A DNA stretch of 64,000 nucleotides, from the NCBI GenBank assembly GCA_018240295.1, contig JAFEGB010000326.1, positions 94 through 64,093 on the forward strand, read 5' to 3'. The notes below the pieces were generated by a model that searched no databases, was not told the DNA's origin, and worked only from the letters and a program-made list of their open reading frames with translations. This document shows positions 36,301-44,813 of the stretch, in pieces. The position numbers were made by a program, and so were the translations under genes. Positions within the stretch are counted from its first letter, which is position 1, and each line of letters begins with the position of its first letter. The stretch is from Pseudomonadota bacterium. Its GTDB lineage: Bacteria; Pseudomonadota; Gammaproteobacteria; Competibacterales; Competibacteraceae.

Positions 36301-38162
36301 CCGGGGCGCTGATCGGCGGCATTCCGGTCATCGCGCTGTGCGTGCTGCTGGTGCTGCCGGCGATCTGCCTGTACGTGCTGCGCGCGCCGGTGTCGGCGGT
36401 CACGGCGATCAACGTCGTCGACGCCGAACCGGGCGGCGGCGGCTGGCGCGAGCGCATGCGCCGCGGCCGGCGGCATGCGGCGATCGTCGCGCTGAACGAA
36501 TCCGAGCTGAACAGCGCCGAGCCCGAGCTGCGCGCCCGCCACGAGGCCGGTCTCGACGCGCTGAAGGTCGGCGAGTGGCTGCAGGCGCTGCGCCTGTTCG
36601 AGGACGCCGCCAAGCGTCACCCCGAGGCCGTGCAGCTGCAGTTCGGCGCCACGCAGGCGCTGCTGCAGTACCTGTTCGAGAACGAATGGGACGAGGGCTA
36701 TCACGCCCGTGCCGGCCGGCATCTGGCGCGCGCGCGCCAGCTCGCTTCCGGCGATCCGCGCCTGCGTCCGCTGGAACGGGCGCTGGCCGAACTCGAAGCC
36801 CGGCATGTGCCGGTGGCCGGGGAGGGCACAAGCAGCCAGCCCAGGGTCGGCATGCTGCGGCTGTCGGGCACGGTCGGCCGGCCGTGGCGGCCGGCGAGCG
36901 TGGCGCGCGGGCAGCGGGCGCCCGATCGCGGCACCGACCTGCCGGCCGGCCTGCATGATCTGGCGCTGGCGCTGCGCAACCTCGTGCGCCAGCGCAAGCG
37001 CACGGCCGCCGCGCTCGGCGCGATCGGCTTCGGCGCCGTGGCGCTGATCCTCGCCGGCGGCTTCATCGAATGGGTGCTGTGGGCGACGCGCGAATCGGCC
37101 GTCTACGGGCAGCTCGGCCATGTGCAGGTCGTGCGCCAGGATTTCTTCGTGCGCGGCACGGCCGATCCGCGCGGCTTCCTGATTCCGGGCGATGCGCCGC
37201 CGGCCGGCCTGCGCGAGCTGCCGCACGTGCGCGCCGTGACGCCGCGGCTGAGCTTCAGCGGTCTGGCGAGCACCGGCGAGACCACGGTGCCGTACCTCGG
37301 TCAGGGCGTGGTGCCCGAGGACGAGGCGCCGATCAGCATCGATTACCGCATCGTCAGCGGCAAGGGCCTGACCACCAGCGACGCGCGCGAGGTCATCGTC
37401 GGCACCGGACTCGCGGCGACGCTCGGCGTCAAGCCCGGCCAGAAGCTGATCCTGATGAGCAACTCCGGCAGCGGCGCGTTCACGCCGGTCGAGCTGAAGG
37501 TGCGCGGGCTGTTCTCGACCTCGAACAAGGCGCTGAACGATGTCGCCCTGCGCGTGCCGCTGAAGACCGCACAGGACCTGCTGCAGGTCGATGGCGTGCA
37601 CATCTGGGTGGTGCTGCTCGATCGCACCGAATCGACGGCCGCCGTGCTGCCGCAGCTGCGCGCCCTGCTGCCGGCTGGCCTGCAGGCGGTGCCGTGGTCG
37701 GACCTCGCCGACTTCTACAACAAGACCAGCGAGCTGTTCCAGCGCCAGATGTTCGTGCTGCGGCTGATGATCGCGGTGATCATCCTGCTCAGCATCTCGA
37801 ACTCGCTGATGATGAACGTCATGGAGCGCACCGGCGAGATCGGCACGCTGTGCGCGCTCGGCACGCGCCGGCGCTCGATCCTGAAGATCTTCAGCCTCGA
37901 AGCCCTCGCGCTCGGCCTGCTCGGCGCGGCGACCGGAACGGCGCTCGGCGTGACCATCGCCTCGGTGGCCTCGGCGGTCGGCATCCCGATGCCGCCGGCC
38001 CCGGGCATGGACAAGGGCTTCGTCGCCGAGATCCTGGTCACGCCGGCGCTGGCGGGCTCGACCTTCGGGCTGGCCGTCATCGCGACCTTCGTCTCCGGCC
38101 TGTATCCGGCCTGGAAGGCCTCGCGGCTCGTCATCGTCGACGCGCTGCGGCACAACCGCTGA
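33306..38162 (+). CDS. Fusion protein: AcrB-type RND permease (about aa 1-1022) + about 190-aa helical linker + MacB/LolC-type FtsX ABC permease (about aa 1215-1618)
   Basis: Single uninterrupted 1618-codon ORF. The N-terminus [24 protein letters not shown] and a 12-TM two-lobe layout are typical of the AcrB family. The C-terminal module starts [31 protein letters not shown] (FtsX TM1). It continues with a ~230-aa periplasmic domain and then three TMs with [20 protein letters not shown] and [11 protein letters not shown] at third codon positions is maintained through the linker. Confidence 0.75.
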   Translation: MLRRRFFRNPVFANLALLLALLAGVLSWWQMPREQTARPSAAAVEIVTAAPGLATAEIETRVTAVLEAAIKPIADLDFIASTSRVGESRLTVRLRAVSEATFERRLNELRWIVQHVERQLPSLAGRPEIASVHGAGVLPSADVLVLARAPDAPAPYAAAERLAQSFERLMDVERVERYGTRATRVEIRFDPERVARHGLTPARLAELVGAQLREQAVGRVDFDERPMQLLVEGADLQPERLAQLPVPGVRGLQPLAALADIERGPEPATRAVLADGRPAVLLSVYRKSDANALDLSAALGEQAARFADSDAEAAAIELRVLDARSTDTRRALQAYERGALPALAAALLVFAIAFGWRLAMLVACVVPAAVGLALAPWGFSGGVLTPVMLTGVLAGFVLLIDAAVAVGERLQHRLLRGAAALDAAYGAWREAGLPLMVATLVFLLAMLLPMWLPEGSGPAGALAARVMTGMLVAGIAYAVLLLPSHAVVTRIRLPRRHPVQARREWLAWRLRHAYRRLLNWTLRRPLVPGLVLVLLLLGALVALGSGRVGVEFAERGQLRSFYVNLELSPGAKLEDTLAAGREVERIVREQLPADALAEVVISAGLRRSERELLTGERHGQVLVGLRSGDRIRDALTVEQGITRVKPRLAFVGGVDNLSVQAVDDGRPVARPLSVTVRGDDPAEVRRAADRVVDILRSLIGVTDVVDDEDQAEAAELRLVLKPGALLRAGLSAPQLLRELRLLGEGETIAQLREQGRNVDVLLRGKAAPEPFFDIEEFLARPVRLPDGRSAPLGEFASAEPASGRSVVRHQNLRRAISIEADVDQARVNTFALNRVVVAEWERTAAAGLPGVELVIGGAFGSVAGHLGALVSLFALGSGLGYLVLATRAHSYRQPLVIFAAVPFAALAFVVGLAVSGQPVGPYTGFAGTALLGLSVQSTLLLVSAVQRLLPIEGSVARAVALAAADRALPVLVSALASVAGLAVFALGVPVAAPAWMALAGALIGGIPVIALCVLLVLPAICLYVLRAPVSAVTAINVVDAEPGGGGWRERMRRGRRHAAIVALNESELNSAEPELRARHEAGLDALKVGEWLQALRLFEDAAKRHPEAVQLQFGATQALLQYLFENEWDEGYHARAGRHLARARQLASGDPRLRPLERALAELEARHVPVAGEGTSSQPRVGMLRLSGTVGRPWRPASVARGQRAPDRGTDLPAGLHDLALALRNLVRQRKRTAAALGAIGFGAVALILAGGFIEWVLWATRESAVYGQLGHVQVVRQDFFVRGTADPRGFLIPGDAPPAGLRELPHVRAVTPRLSFSGLASTGETTVPYLGQGVVPEDEAPISIDYRIVSGKGLTTSDAREVIVGTGLAATLGVKPGQKLILMSNSGSGAFTPVELKVRGLFSTSNKALNDVALRVPLKTAQDLLQVDGVHIWVVLLDRTESTAAVLPQLRALLPAGLQAVPWSDLADFYNKTSELFQRQMFVLRLMIAVIILLSISNSLMMNVMERTGEIGTLCALGTRRRSILKIFSLEALALGLLGAATGTALGVTIASVASAVGIPMPPAPGMDKGFVAEILVTPALAGSTFGLAVIATFVSGLYPAWKASRLVIVDALRHNR

Positions 38163-38175
38163 AGCGGAGCGCGCC

Positions 38176-39387
38176 ATGCTCAAGTTCGCCTACCGCAACC
38201 TGACCCGCCACCGCGGCCGCACGCTGCTGACGCTCGGGGCGATCGCCTTCGGGGTCGTGAGCCTGGTGCTGTCGGCCGGCTTCGTCGACGACATCTTCGT
38301 GCGCCTGCGCGAGAACACCGTGCAGAGCGGCCTCGGCCACCTGCAGGTCGCGCGCGAGCACTACTTCGACCTGCGCAACCGCCAGCCCTATGCCTACATG
38401 ATCGAAAACCCCGGAGCCGTCGTCGCCGCCGCGAAGAAGCTGCCGACGGTGCGCGAGGCGATGATGCGCGTGAACCTCACCGGCACGCTCAGCAACGGCA
38501 GCGGCGAGCTGCCGGTGGTCGCCGAGGGCGGCGAGCCGGAAAAGGAGGTGGCGGTCGGCGGCTTCGTGACGCTGGTCGACGGCCGGCGCCTCACCGGCGG
38601 CGATCAGAACGTCGTCGAGCTCGGCGAGGGGCTGGCGCGGGCGCTCGGCGTTGCGCCGGGGGCGTTCGTGACGCTGCTGACCGCCACGCCCGAGGGCGCG
38701 ATCAACACCGTCGAGCTGAAGGTGGTCGGCATCTTCCGCAGCGTGTCGATCGACTACGACGCGCGTGCCGCACGCCTGCCGCTCGCGACGGCGCAGACGC
38801 TGCTGAACACGAAGTCCGTGCATACCGTCGTTGTCGCGCTCGAGAACACCGCCTTCACGCAGACCGCCGCCGGGCAGCTGCGCAAGGCCCTCGATGGCCA
38901 GCCGCTCGCCGTGTACACCTGGGACGAACTCGCCGATTTCTACCGCAAGGCGGTGGATCTGTACCGCACGCAGTTCGGCGTGCTGCAGGCGATCATCCTG
39001 ATCATGGTGGCGCTGTCGGTGTCGAACAGCATCAACATCTCGATCTTCGAGCGCACGGCCGAGGTCGGCACGCTGCTCGCGCTCGGCAACCGCCGCCGGC
39101 AGGTGCTGCAGTTGCTGGTGATGGAGAGCGCGATCTCGGGACTGGTCGGGGGGCTGGCCGGCGCGGCGCTCGGCATCGGGCTGGCGCTCGGCATCAGCTC
39201 GATCGGCATTCCGATGCCACCGCCACCGAACTCCAGCCAGGGCTATCTCGCGGTCGTGCGCATCGTGCCGGAGCAGGTGGCGGTGGCGCTGGTCATCGGC
39301 GTCGTTGCGACCGTGCTGGCCTCGGTGCTGCCGGCGTGGCGGGTGTCGCGGCTGCCGGTCGTCGAAGCGCTGCGCCGGGCGCAATGA
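38176..39387 (+). CDS. MacB/LolE-type FtsX-family ABC transporter permease
   Basis: 403 aa, 13 nt after the fusion ORF, with a GGAG Shine-Dalgarno. [32 protein letters not shown] (TM1), a periplasmic domain, and three C-terminal TMs with [19 protein letters not shown] and LPAWRVSRL. Paralogous to the C-terminal module of the fusion. Confidence 0.9.
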   Translation: MLKFAYRNLTRHRGRTLLTLGAIAFGVVSLVLSAGFVDDIFVRLRENTVQSGLGHLQVAREHYFDLRNRQPYAYMIENPGAVVAAAKKLPTVREAMMRVNLTGTLSNGSGELPVVAEGGEPEKEVAVGGFVTLVDGRRLTGGDQNVVELGEGLARALGVAPGAFVTLLTATPEGAINTVELKVVGIFRSVSIDYDARAARLPLATAQTLLNTKSVHTVVVALENTAFTQTAAGQLRKALDGQPLAVYTWDELADFYRKAVDLYRTQFGVLQAIILIMVALSVSNSINISIFERTAEVGTLLALGNRRRQVLQLLVMESAISGLVGGLAGAALGIGLALGISSIGIPMPPPPNSSQGYLAVVRIVPEQVAVALVIGVVATVLASVLPAWRVSRLPVVEALRRAQ

Positions 39388-39422
39388 GCCCGGTGCGGCC
39401 GCAGGGTCCGGACCCGCGGGCT

Positions 39423-40202
39423 TCAGTCGATGCCCTGCGTGACGCGCGTCAGGTAGTCCGGGTGGAACAGCTTGTTCGGCAGCTCGCGCGGCTTCATCGC
39501 GGAGTAATCGAGCACGGAGCGGTCACCGCGCTTGACCGCATCCTCCATGACCAGCTGGGTCGGACGCACGGTGTTGTCGAGCTTTGCGTAGTTCAGGTAC
39601 TGGGCGGTCTTCAGCAGCCGGCCGGACAGCGCGTAGAACTCGGCCTTCAGCGGCTGGTTGCCGCTGCGCTCGACCCACAGCAGCACGCGGTTGTAGGTGA
39701 CGCTGCCGTCGATGGCGGTCAGCTCCAGCACTGCGTACTTGCGCTTCTGGATGGTCTCGTCGCGCAGCACGCGGGCGTTGTAGTCGCCCGAGAAGTTCGC
39801 GCGTGCCAGATCGCCGTTGGCGACCTGGCCGGTCAGGCGCTGCGACAGCGGCAGGCGCACCGGCTGCGACAGGCGCGGCGAGTACACCCACAGGTCGCGC
39901 CCGCGCATCAGCAGCACCTGGCCGCGCTCCGAGGCCGGGGCGGTAGTGATGACGAGGGTGTTTTCGTTACCCTTCGACAGGATCTGGTAATCGCGGACCT
40001 CGGTTTCGCCTCCGGGCGTGGTCGAGCTGATCCGCACGTTCACCTCGAAGTCGCTGCGCGGAAACCGGACCTGATCGGCGGCCTCCAGCATCGCGAGGGC
40101 TTCGAGGTCCACTTCCTGTGCCCGCGCCGCCGGCATCGCCAGGGTGGCGGCGCACAGCAGCAGCAGGGAAGGCAGACGCAGTACGGTCGCACGCATCGGC
40201 AT
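39423..40202 (-). CDS. Periplasmic LolA-like outer-membrane lipoprotein-sorting family protein
   Basis: Track ORF 39423..40307(-) trimmed to ATG 40202 (or 40196). Signal peptide MPMRATVLRLPSLLLLCAATLAMPAARA|QE with no canonical lipobox. The body resembles LolA-like/DUF4367-type half-barrels (DFEVNVRISS, LLMRGRDLWVYSP, GDLARANFSGDY, YNRVLLWVE). Confidence 0.7.
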   Translation of the reverse strand: MPMRATVLRLPSLLLLCAATLAMPAARAQEVDLEALAMLEAADQVRFPRSDFEVNVRISSTTPGGETEVRDYQILSKGNENTLVITTAPASERGQVLLMRGRDLWVYSPRLSQPVRLPLSQRLTGQVANGDLARANFSGDYNARVLRDETIQKRKYAVLELTAIDGSVTYNRVLLWVERSGNQPLKAEFYALSGRLLKTAQYLNYAKLDNTVRPTQLVMEDAVKRGDRSVLDYSAMKPRELPNKLFHPDYLTRVTQGID

Positions 40203-40290
40203 ACTCTCCAGGCATCGGGTACACAACGGGTACGCCCGGTCGCAGGGCCGGGCAGGGACACGGCGCGAGCCGCGGGATGAAGAACGGGTC

Positions 40291-40977
40291 ATGAGCATAG
40301 TACGCATCGAAAACGTCTCGAAACGCTACCGCCTCGGCGAGCAGGACGTGACGGCGCTGCACGGCGTCAGCCTGCGCGTCGAGCCGGGCGAGTTCGTGGC
40401 GCTGGCCGGACCCTCCGGCAGCGGCAAGACGACGCTGCTGAACATGATCGGCTGCATCGACACGCCGAGTTCCGGGCGCGTCATCGTCGATGGCCATGAC
40501 GTGACCGGCCGCGATCCGGACCAGCTCGCCGAACTGCGCGCCCGCACGCTCGGCTTCATCTTCCAGACCTTCAACCTGCTGCCGGTGCTGTCGGCCGAGG
40601 AAAACGTCGAGTACCCGCTGATCAACATCCAGCACATCCCCCGGGCCGAGCGCCGCCAGCGCGTCGCGTACTTCCTCGACATGGTCGGACTCGCGCGGTT
40701 CGCACGCCATCGCCCGAACCAGCTTTCGGGCGGCCAGCGCCAGCGCGTCGCGATCGCCCGGGCGCTGGCGACCAAGCCGAAGATCGTGCTTGCCGACGAG
40801 CCGACCGCGAACCTCGATCACCAGAGCGGCGACGGTATCCTGCAGCTGATGAAGCACATCAACGAGCAGTCCGGCACCACCTTCATCTTTTCGACGCACG
40901 ACGCCCGCGTGATGGCGATGGCCAGCCGGCTCGTGCGCATCAGTGACGGCGCCATCGTCGGCGAGGAGACCCGATGA
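40291..40977 (+). CDS. ABC transporter ATP-binding protein (LolD/MacB type)
   Basis: Track ORF 40144..40977(+) trimmed to the ATG at 40291 (MSIVRIENVSKRY). Walker A GPSGSGKTT, Q-loop FQTFNLLP, signature LSGGQRQR, Walker B IVLADEPT, H-loop STHD. Confidence 0.95.
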   Translation: MSIVRIENVSKRYRLGEQDVTALHGVSLRVEPGEFVALAGPSGSGKTTLLNMIGCIDTPSSGRVIVDGHDVTGRDPDQLAELRARTLGFIFQTFNLLPVLSAEENVEYPLINIQHIPRAERRQRVAYFLDMVGLARFARHRPNQLSGGQRQRVAIARALATKPKIVLADEPTANLDHQSGDGILQLMKHINEQSGTTFIFSTHDARVMAMASRLVRISDGAIVGEETR

Positions 40978-42275
40978 CGAACCATCCGAACCGGTCCGGC
41001 CGCATCGCCCTGGGCATCGCACTGCTGGCGGTCACGCCGGCGGCTGCCGCGCAGCAGGACGTGAAGCTCAGCGGCTACCTGTCGAACGAGACCGCGTACA
41101 CCTTCGGCGGCGAGAATCACTGGTCGAAGTCCCGCAACACGCTGAACCTGGCCGCCACCGGCAGCTTCAGCGAGTCGATCTCGTGGAAGGCGAGCGGCTG
41201 GCTGCGCTGGGACCCGGTTGTCCAGCACTCGGATTTCTATCCGGACAAGGTGCAGGACGACCGCGGTTTCGAGGGGCTGGTGCGCGAGACCTTCCTCGAT
41301 GTGAGCCTCGGGGACTGGGACCTGCGCCTCGGGCGCCAGAACATCGTCTGGGGCGAGATGGTCGGCCTGTTCTTCGCCGACGTGGTTTCGGCGCGCGACA
41401 TGCGCGAGTTCGTGCTCGCCGACTTCGAGCAGCTGCGCATCCCGCAGTGGGCGGCGCGCGCCGAGTACTTCAAGGACGACTTCCACGCCGAGCTCGTGTG
41501 GATCCCGTACCTGACCTACGACAACATCGGCGAGCCCGGCGACGACTTCTACCCGTATCCGCCGGCCTTCCCGGGGCTTGGCTACCGCATCCTCGATGAA
41601 AAGAAACCGCGCGGCGGTGACAGCGACGATGCCGCCGGCGTGCGCCTCGGCTGGATCGTCGATGGCTGGGACATCAACGGTTACTACTACCGCAGCACCG
41701 ACGTGCAGCCGGCCTTCCAGCGCAGCTTCGGCCTGGTCGGCGGCGTGCCGACGCTGACCTACACGCCGACGCACAACCGCATCCAGCAGTGGGGCCTGAC
41801 CGTCGGCAAGGACATCGGCGACGGGCTGGTGTTCAAGGCCGAGGCGATCTACACGATGGGCCGGCGCTACGACGTGCTGCGCCTGAGCGATGCCGACGGT
41901 CTGGTGCGCAAGGACACGCTCGATTACGTGCTCGGTCTCGACTGGACGCCGGACGCCAGCAACCGCCTGAACCTGCAGTTCTTCCAGCGCTTCTATCAGG
42001 ACCACGACCCGGACATGGTGCCGGAGAGCGTCGAGAGCGGTGTCAGCCTGTTCTATTCGACCAAGGTCTGGGGCGACCGGCTGGAGCCGGAAATCACCTT
42101 GATCGAGAGCCTCAACCGCGGCGACTGGCTGCTGCGGCCGCGGCTGACCTGGAACGTCAGCGCCGACCTGAAGGCCAGCTTCGGCGCCGACATCCTGAAC
42201 GGCCCGCCGGATGCGCTGTTCGGCCGCTTCACCAACGGCGACCGCGTCTACGCCGAGGTCCGCTACGACTTCTGA
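40974..42275 (+). CDS. DUF1302-family predicted outer-membrane beta-barrel protein
   Basis: 433 aa. Its ATG overlaps the ATPase stop (ATGA). Signal peptide ...AVTPAAAA|QQ. DUF1302-like N-terminal region (KLSGYLSNETAYTF, DLRLGRQNIVWGE, LRIPQWAARAEYF). Ends ...YAEVRYDF, a terminal Phe typical of OMPs. Confidence 0.75.
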   Translation: MTNHPNRSGRIALGIALLAVTPAAAAQQDVKLSGYLSNETAYTFGGENHWSKSRNTLNLAATGSFSESISWKASGWLRWDPVVQHSDFYPDKVQDDRGFEGLVRETFLDVSLGDWDLRLGRQNIVWGEMVGLFFADVVSARDMREFVLADFEQLRIPQWAARAEYFKDDFHAELVWIPYLTYDNIGEPGDDFYPYPPAFPGLGYRILDEKKPRGGDSDDAAGVRLGWIVDGWDINGYYYRSTDVQPAFQRSFGLVGGVPTLTYTPTHNRIQQWGLTVGKDIGDGLVFKAEAIYTMGRRYDVLRLSDADGLVRKDTLDYVLGLDWTPDASNRLNLQFFQRFYQDHDPDMVPESVESGVSLFYSTKVWGDRLEPEITLIESLNRGDWLLRPRLTWNVSADLKASFGADILNGPPDALFGRFTNGDRVYAEVRYDF

Positions 42276-44296
42276 GGGCTGGCGTCCGGGCTGCCGCCGC
42301 CGGTCATCAGCCGCGCGAGCGGCAGGCGCGTCGAGCGCGATACCGGCACCGGGCCGTAGCCGAGGCGGCCGAAGTACACGGCGCGCGCTGCGGTGTCGGC
42401 CCCGACCAGCGCATCGAGCTGGCGGGCGAGCGTGCGGGCGTTGTCGATTGAAGCCTGCTTTTTCGTGAACTCGATGCCGTCACGGATGTAGCCGGAGAAG
42501 ATCAGCGGCGTCATCTCCGGCTGGAACTGCAGGCCGAGGCGGGTCGCGGTCAGCCAGAAGCGCTGCATTGCGGCGCCGGCGGCGAGATAGTCGGCGAGCG
42601 TCTGCGGTGCCTGTTCGGCAATGATCAGGAAATGTGCGGCGCAGCCGAGCGCCGGTGCGAAGTCGAGCTGCAGCCGCGGCAGCCAGGTGCCGGCGAACCA
42701 GCGGTTCAGGAAGTCGACGCGCTCCCAGCTCTTCATCGCCCAGCGCATCAGCGCGAGCCCGACCGGATCGAGCCCGACCGCGGCCCCGGGCAGCCGGTCC
42801 TCGCTGTACTGCACGCCGAACTCGATGATGTCGCGGTGCGTCGGGTAGGCCTCGGGCGTCGTCAGCCGGATGTGGGCGTTGCGAAACAGCAGCTTCGCGA
42901 CATCGAGGCGCTGATCCCCTTCCAGCCAGCGCAGCGAGTAACCGGGACCGAGCGCCTGCAGGAAGGCCGCCTTCACGGCGTCCGTGAGCGGCCGGCGCGA
43001 CAGCGGCCGGCGCTGCGTGCAGCGTGCGCGGATCGCGGTTTCCAGCGGATGGCGCACGGCCGCCGCTGCCGGCGTGAACTGCAGGCGGAACATCGGCGCA
43101 AACGCCGGCGTCGTGTCCCCGACCCCGGGCAGCGTTTCGATGTCGAGCGCAAGCCCCGCGCCCGGGGCGGCGATGCGCGCGGTTTCCAGCAGCGCACCGA
43201 GAGCGAGCTGGCTCGGCCGGCCGCGCAGGTCGTAGATCACGTGATCGCGCGTGTCGCAGCCGTGCACGATCACGGTCAGCGGGTCGACGGCCTCGAAGCG
43301 CCACGGCTGGGTGTTGTCGCCGCTCGGGGCCCAGCTCGCCAGTTCGAGCACGCGTGCGACGCGCGGGTCCAGCCCGGCCGGTGCCGCAGGCGCGGCACGC
43401 GCCGGGGCCGGCAGGCTGCGGGCGCGGCGCAGCAGCGTGCGCATGATCGCCAGCGTCAGGCGGTTCAGCGGGTGGCGGTTGCCGCCCGGGCGCCAGGTGC
43501 GCGACAGCCGGTTGCGGTAGGCATCGAAGTGCAGGCCCCACGGCGCGGCGCGCACCGGGCCGCGGCCGAGCAGCAGCTTCAGCGATTCGGTCACGAGCAC
43601 GCCGGCGGCGAGTTCGCAGGCCATCGGCGTCGACGGTCCGCGCTTCTCGACGAAGTTGATCGCCGAGCGATCGACCAGATAGCCCTGCTGCAGCATCGTC
43701 GGCGACAGCCCGACCAGGAAGCGCGCGTACTGTTCCTCCTCGGGTTGGCCCTCGACCTGGAAGTAGTCCTCGAAGCTCATGCGCCCGGGCAGGAAGGTCA
43801 GCACCGCCGTGCCCATGCCGAGCGGCGCGGCCGTGATCGCCGGGATGCCGCGGGCGTGGGCGGCTGCGAACACCTTGCGCCGCACCGGCAGCACGAAGAA
43901 ATCCAGCGCATCGACGTACAGGTCGACGCCGTCGAAGAAGGCATCGAGGTTGTCGTCGGTGACGCCGTCCGCAAAGCGCCGGATATCGAGTTCCGGATTG
44001 ATCGCGAGGGCGGCCTCGGCCATCACGTCGAGCTTCGGCCGATCGAGCGTCGCCATCGTCGCGCCGGCCTGACGGTTGAAGTTGTGCAGCTCGAAGCGGT
44101 CGAAGTCGGCGAGGTGGAAGGCGCCGACGCCGAGCCGCGCCAGCGTCAGCAGATGCACGCCGCCGACGCCGCCGAGTCCGGCGACAGCCAGCCGCCGGCC
44201 GCGCAGCCAGGCCTGCTCGGTCGGTGTCAGCCAGCCGATGTTGCGGCTGAAGGCAGTGGCGTAATCGAAGGACTGCGAGACGTGCTGCGGGGACAT
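42263..44296 (-). CDS. ThiF/E1-like adenylyltransferase fused to a nitroreductase-like domain (Rv1355c/MoeY-type architecture)
   Basis: Track ORF 42263..44317(-) trimmed to the ATG at 44296 (AAGGAGA Shine-Dalgarno). N-terminal Rossmann motif VAGLGGVGGV and FDRFELHNFNRQ (ThiF/MoeB-like). The C-terminal half contains ASWAPSGDNTQPWRF (nitroreductase fold). No CxxC zinc motifs and no rhodanese domain. Confidence 0.8.
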   Translation of the reverse strand: MSPQHVSQSFDYATAFSRNIGWLTPTEQAWLRGRRLAVAGLGGVGGVHLLTLARLGVGAFHLADFDRFELHNFNRQAGATMATLDRPKLDVMAEAALAINPELDIRRFADGVTDDNLDAFFDGVDLYVDALDFFVLPVRRKVFAAAHARGIPAITAAPLGMGTAVLTFLPGRMSFEDYFQVEGQPEEEQYARFLVGLSPTMLQQGYLVDRSAINFVEKRGPSTPMACELAAGVLVTESLKLLLGRGPVRAAPWGLHFDAYRNRLSRTWRPGGNRHPLNRLTLAIMRTLLRRARSLPAPARAAPAAPAGLDPRVARVLELASWAPSGDNTQPWRFEAVDPLTVIVHGCDTRDHVIYDLRGRPSQLALGALLETARIAAPGAGLALDIETLPGVGDTTPAFAPMFRLQFTPAAAAVRHPLETAIRARCTQRRPLSRRPLTDAVKAAFLQALGPGYSLRWLEGDQRLDVAKLLFRNAHIRLTTPEAYPTHRDIIEFGVQYSEDRLPGAAVGLDPVGLALMRWAMKSWERVDFLNRWFAGTWLPRLQLDFAPALGCAAHFLIIAEQAPQTLADYLAAGAAMQRFWLTATRLGLQFQPEMTPLIFSGYIRDGIEFTKKQASIDNARTLARQLDALVGADTAARAVYFGRLGYGPVPVSRSTRLPLARLMTGGGSPDASPQKS

Positions 44297-44364
44297 CGGC
44301 TCTCCTTGCGGCGGCACGGGGGTGGCCGCCGGCGGTGTCCGGGCGGGGGGAAGGCCCTGCAGGC

Positions 44365-44811
44365 TCAGCCGGTCGTGTTCTTCGCGACCCAGCGGCTGCC
44401 GTCGGGCAGGGTTTCGTGCTTCCAGAACGGCGCGCGCGACTTCAGCGCCTCCATGATCCAGCGACAGGCGTCGAAGGCCGCGCCGCGGTGGGCGCTCCAG
44501 ACCGCGACCAGCACGATCGGATCATTCGGCAGCAGCTCGCCGACGCGGTGGATCACCAGCGCATCGAGCAGCGACCAGCGCTCGACCGCCTCTTCGGCCA
44601 GACGCGCGAGTTCCCGCTCGGTCATGCCCGGATAGTGCTCCAGACGCATGCCGCGCACGTCATCGCCTTCGTTGTGATCGCGCATCGTGCCGATGAAGCT
44701 CGCCGTCGCGCCGTAGCGACCGGCGAGCCGCGCATCGAGCGCCTGCTGGTGGGCGGCGAGTTCGGCCAGCGGTTCGAAGCCGTGTTCGCGGATCTCGATG
44801 CGCACGGCCAT
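44365..44811 (-). CDS. moaE: Molybdopterin synthase catalytic subunit
   Basis: 148 aa. Motifs: FIGTMRDHNEG, VIHRVGEL, IVLVAVWSAHRGAAF, EALKSRAPFWKHE. Confidence 0.9.
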   Translation of the reverse strand: MAVRIEIREHGFEPLAELAAHQQALDARLAGRYGATASFIGTMRDHNEGDDVRGMRLEHYPGMTERELARLAEEAVERWSLLDALVIHRVGELLPNDPIVLVAVWSAHRGAAFDACRWIMEALKSRAPFWKHETLPDGSRWVAKNTTG

Positions 44812-44813
44812 GC

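Noticed and set aside
33105-38183. The 1907-codon minus-strand ORF 32460..38183, which would be the largest gene in the window.
   Set aside because: Only its last 214 codons (rnt, from the ATG at 33104) look like a protein. The rest is Arg/Gln/His/Asp-rich antisense read-through of the RND::FtsX gene.
39404-39415. 12-bp palindrome GGGTCCGGACCC between the convergent permease and LolA-like genes, as a bidirectional terminator.
   Set aside because: It has no loop and no flanking U-tracts on either strand, and it is too short to call a terminator. It may still form a weak hairpin.
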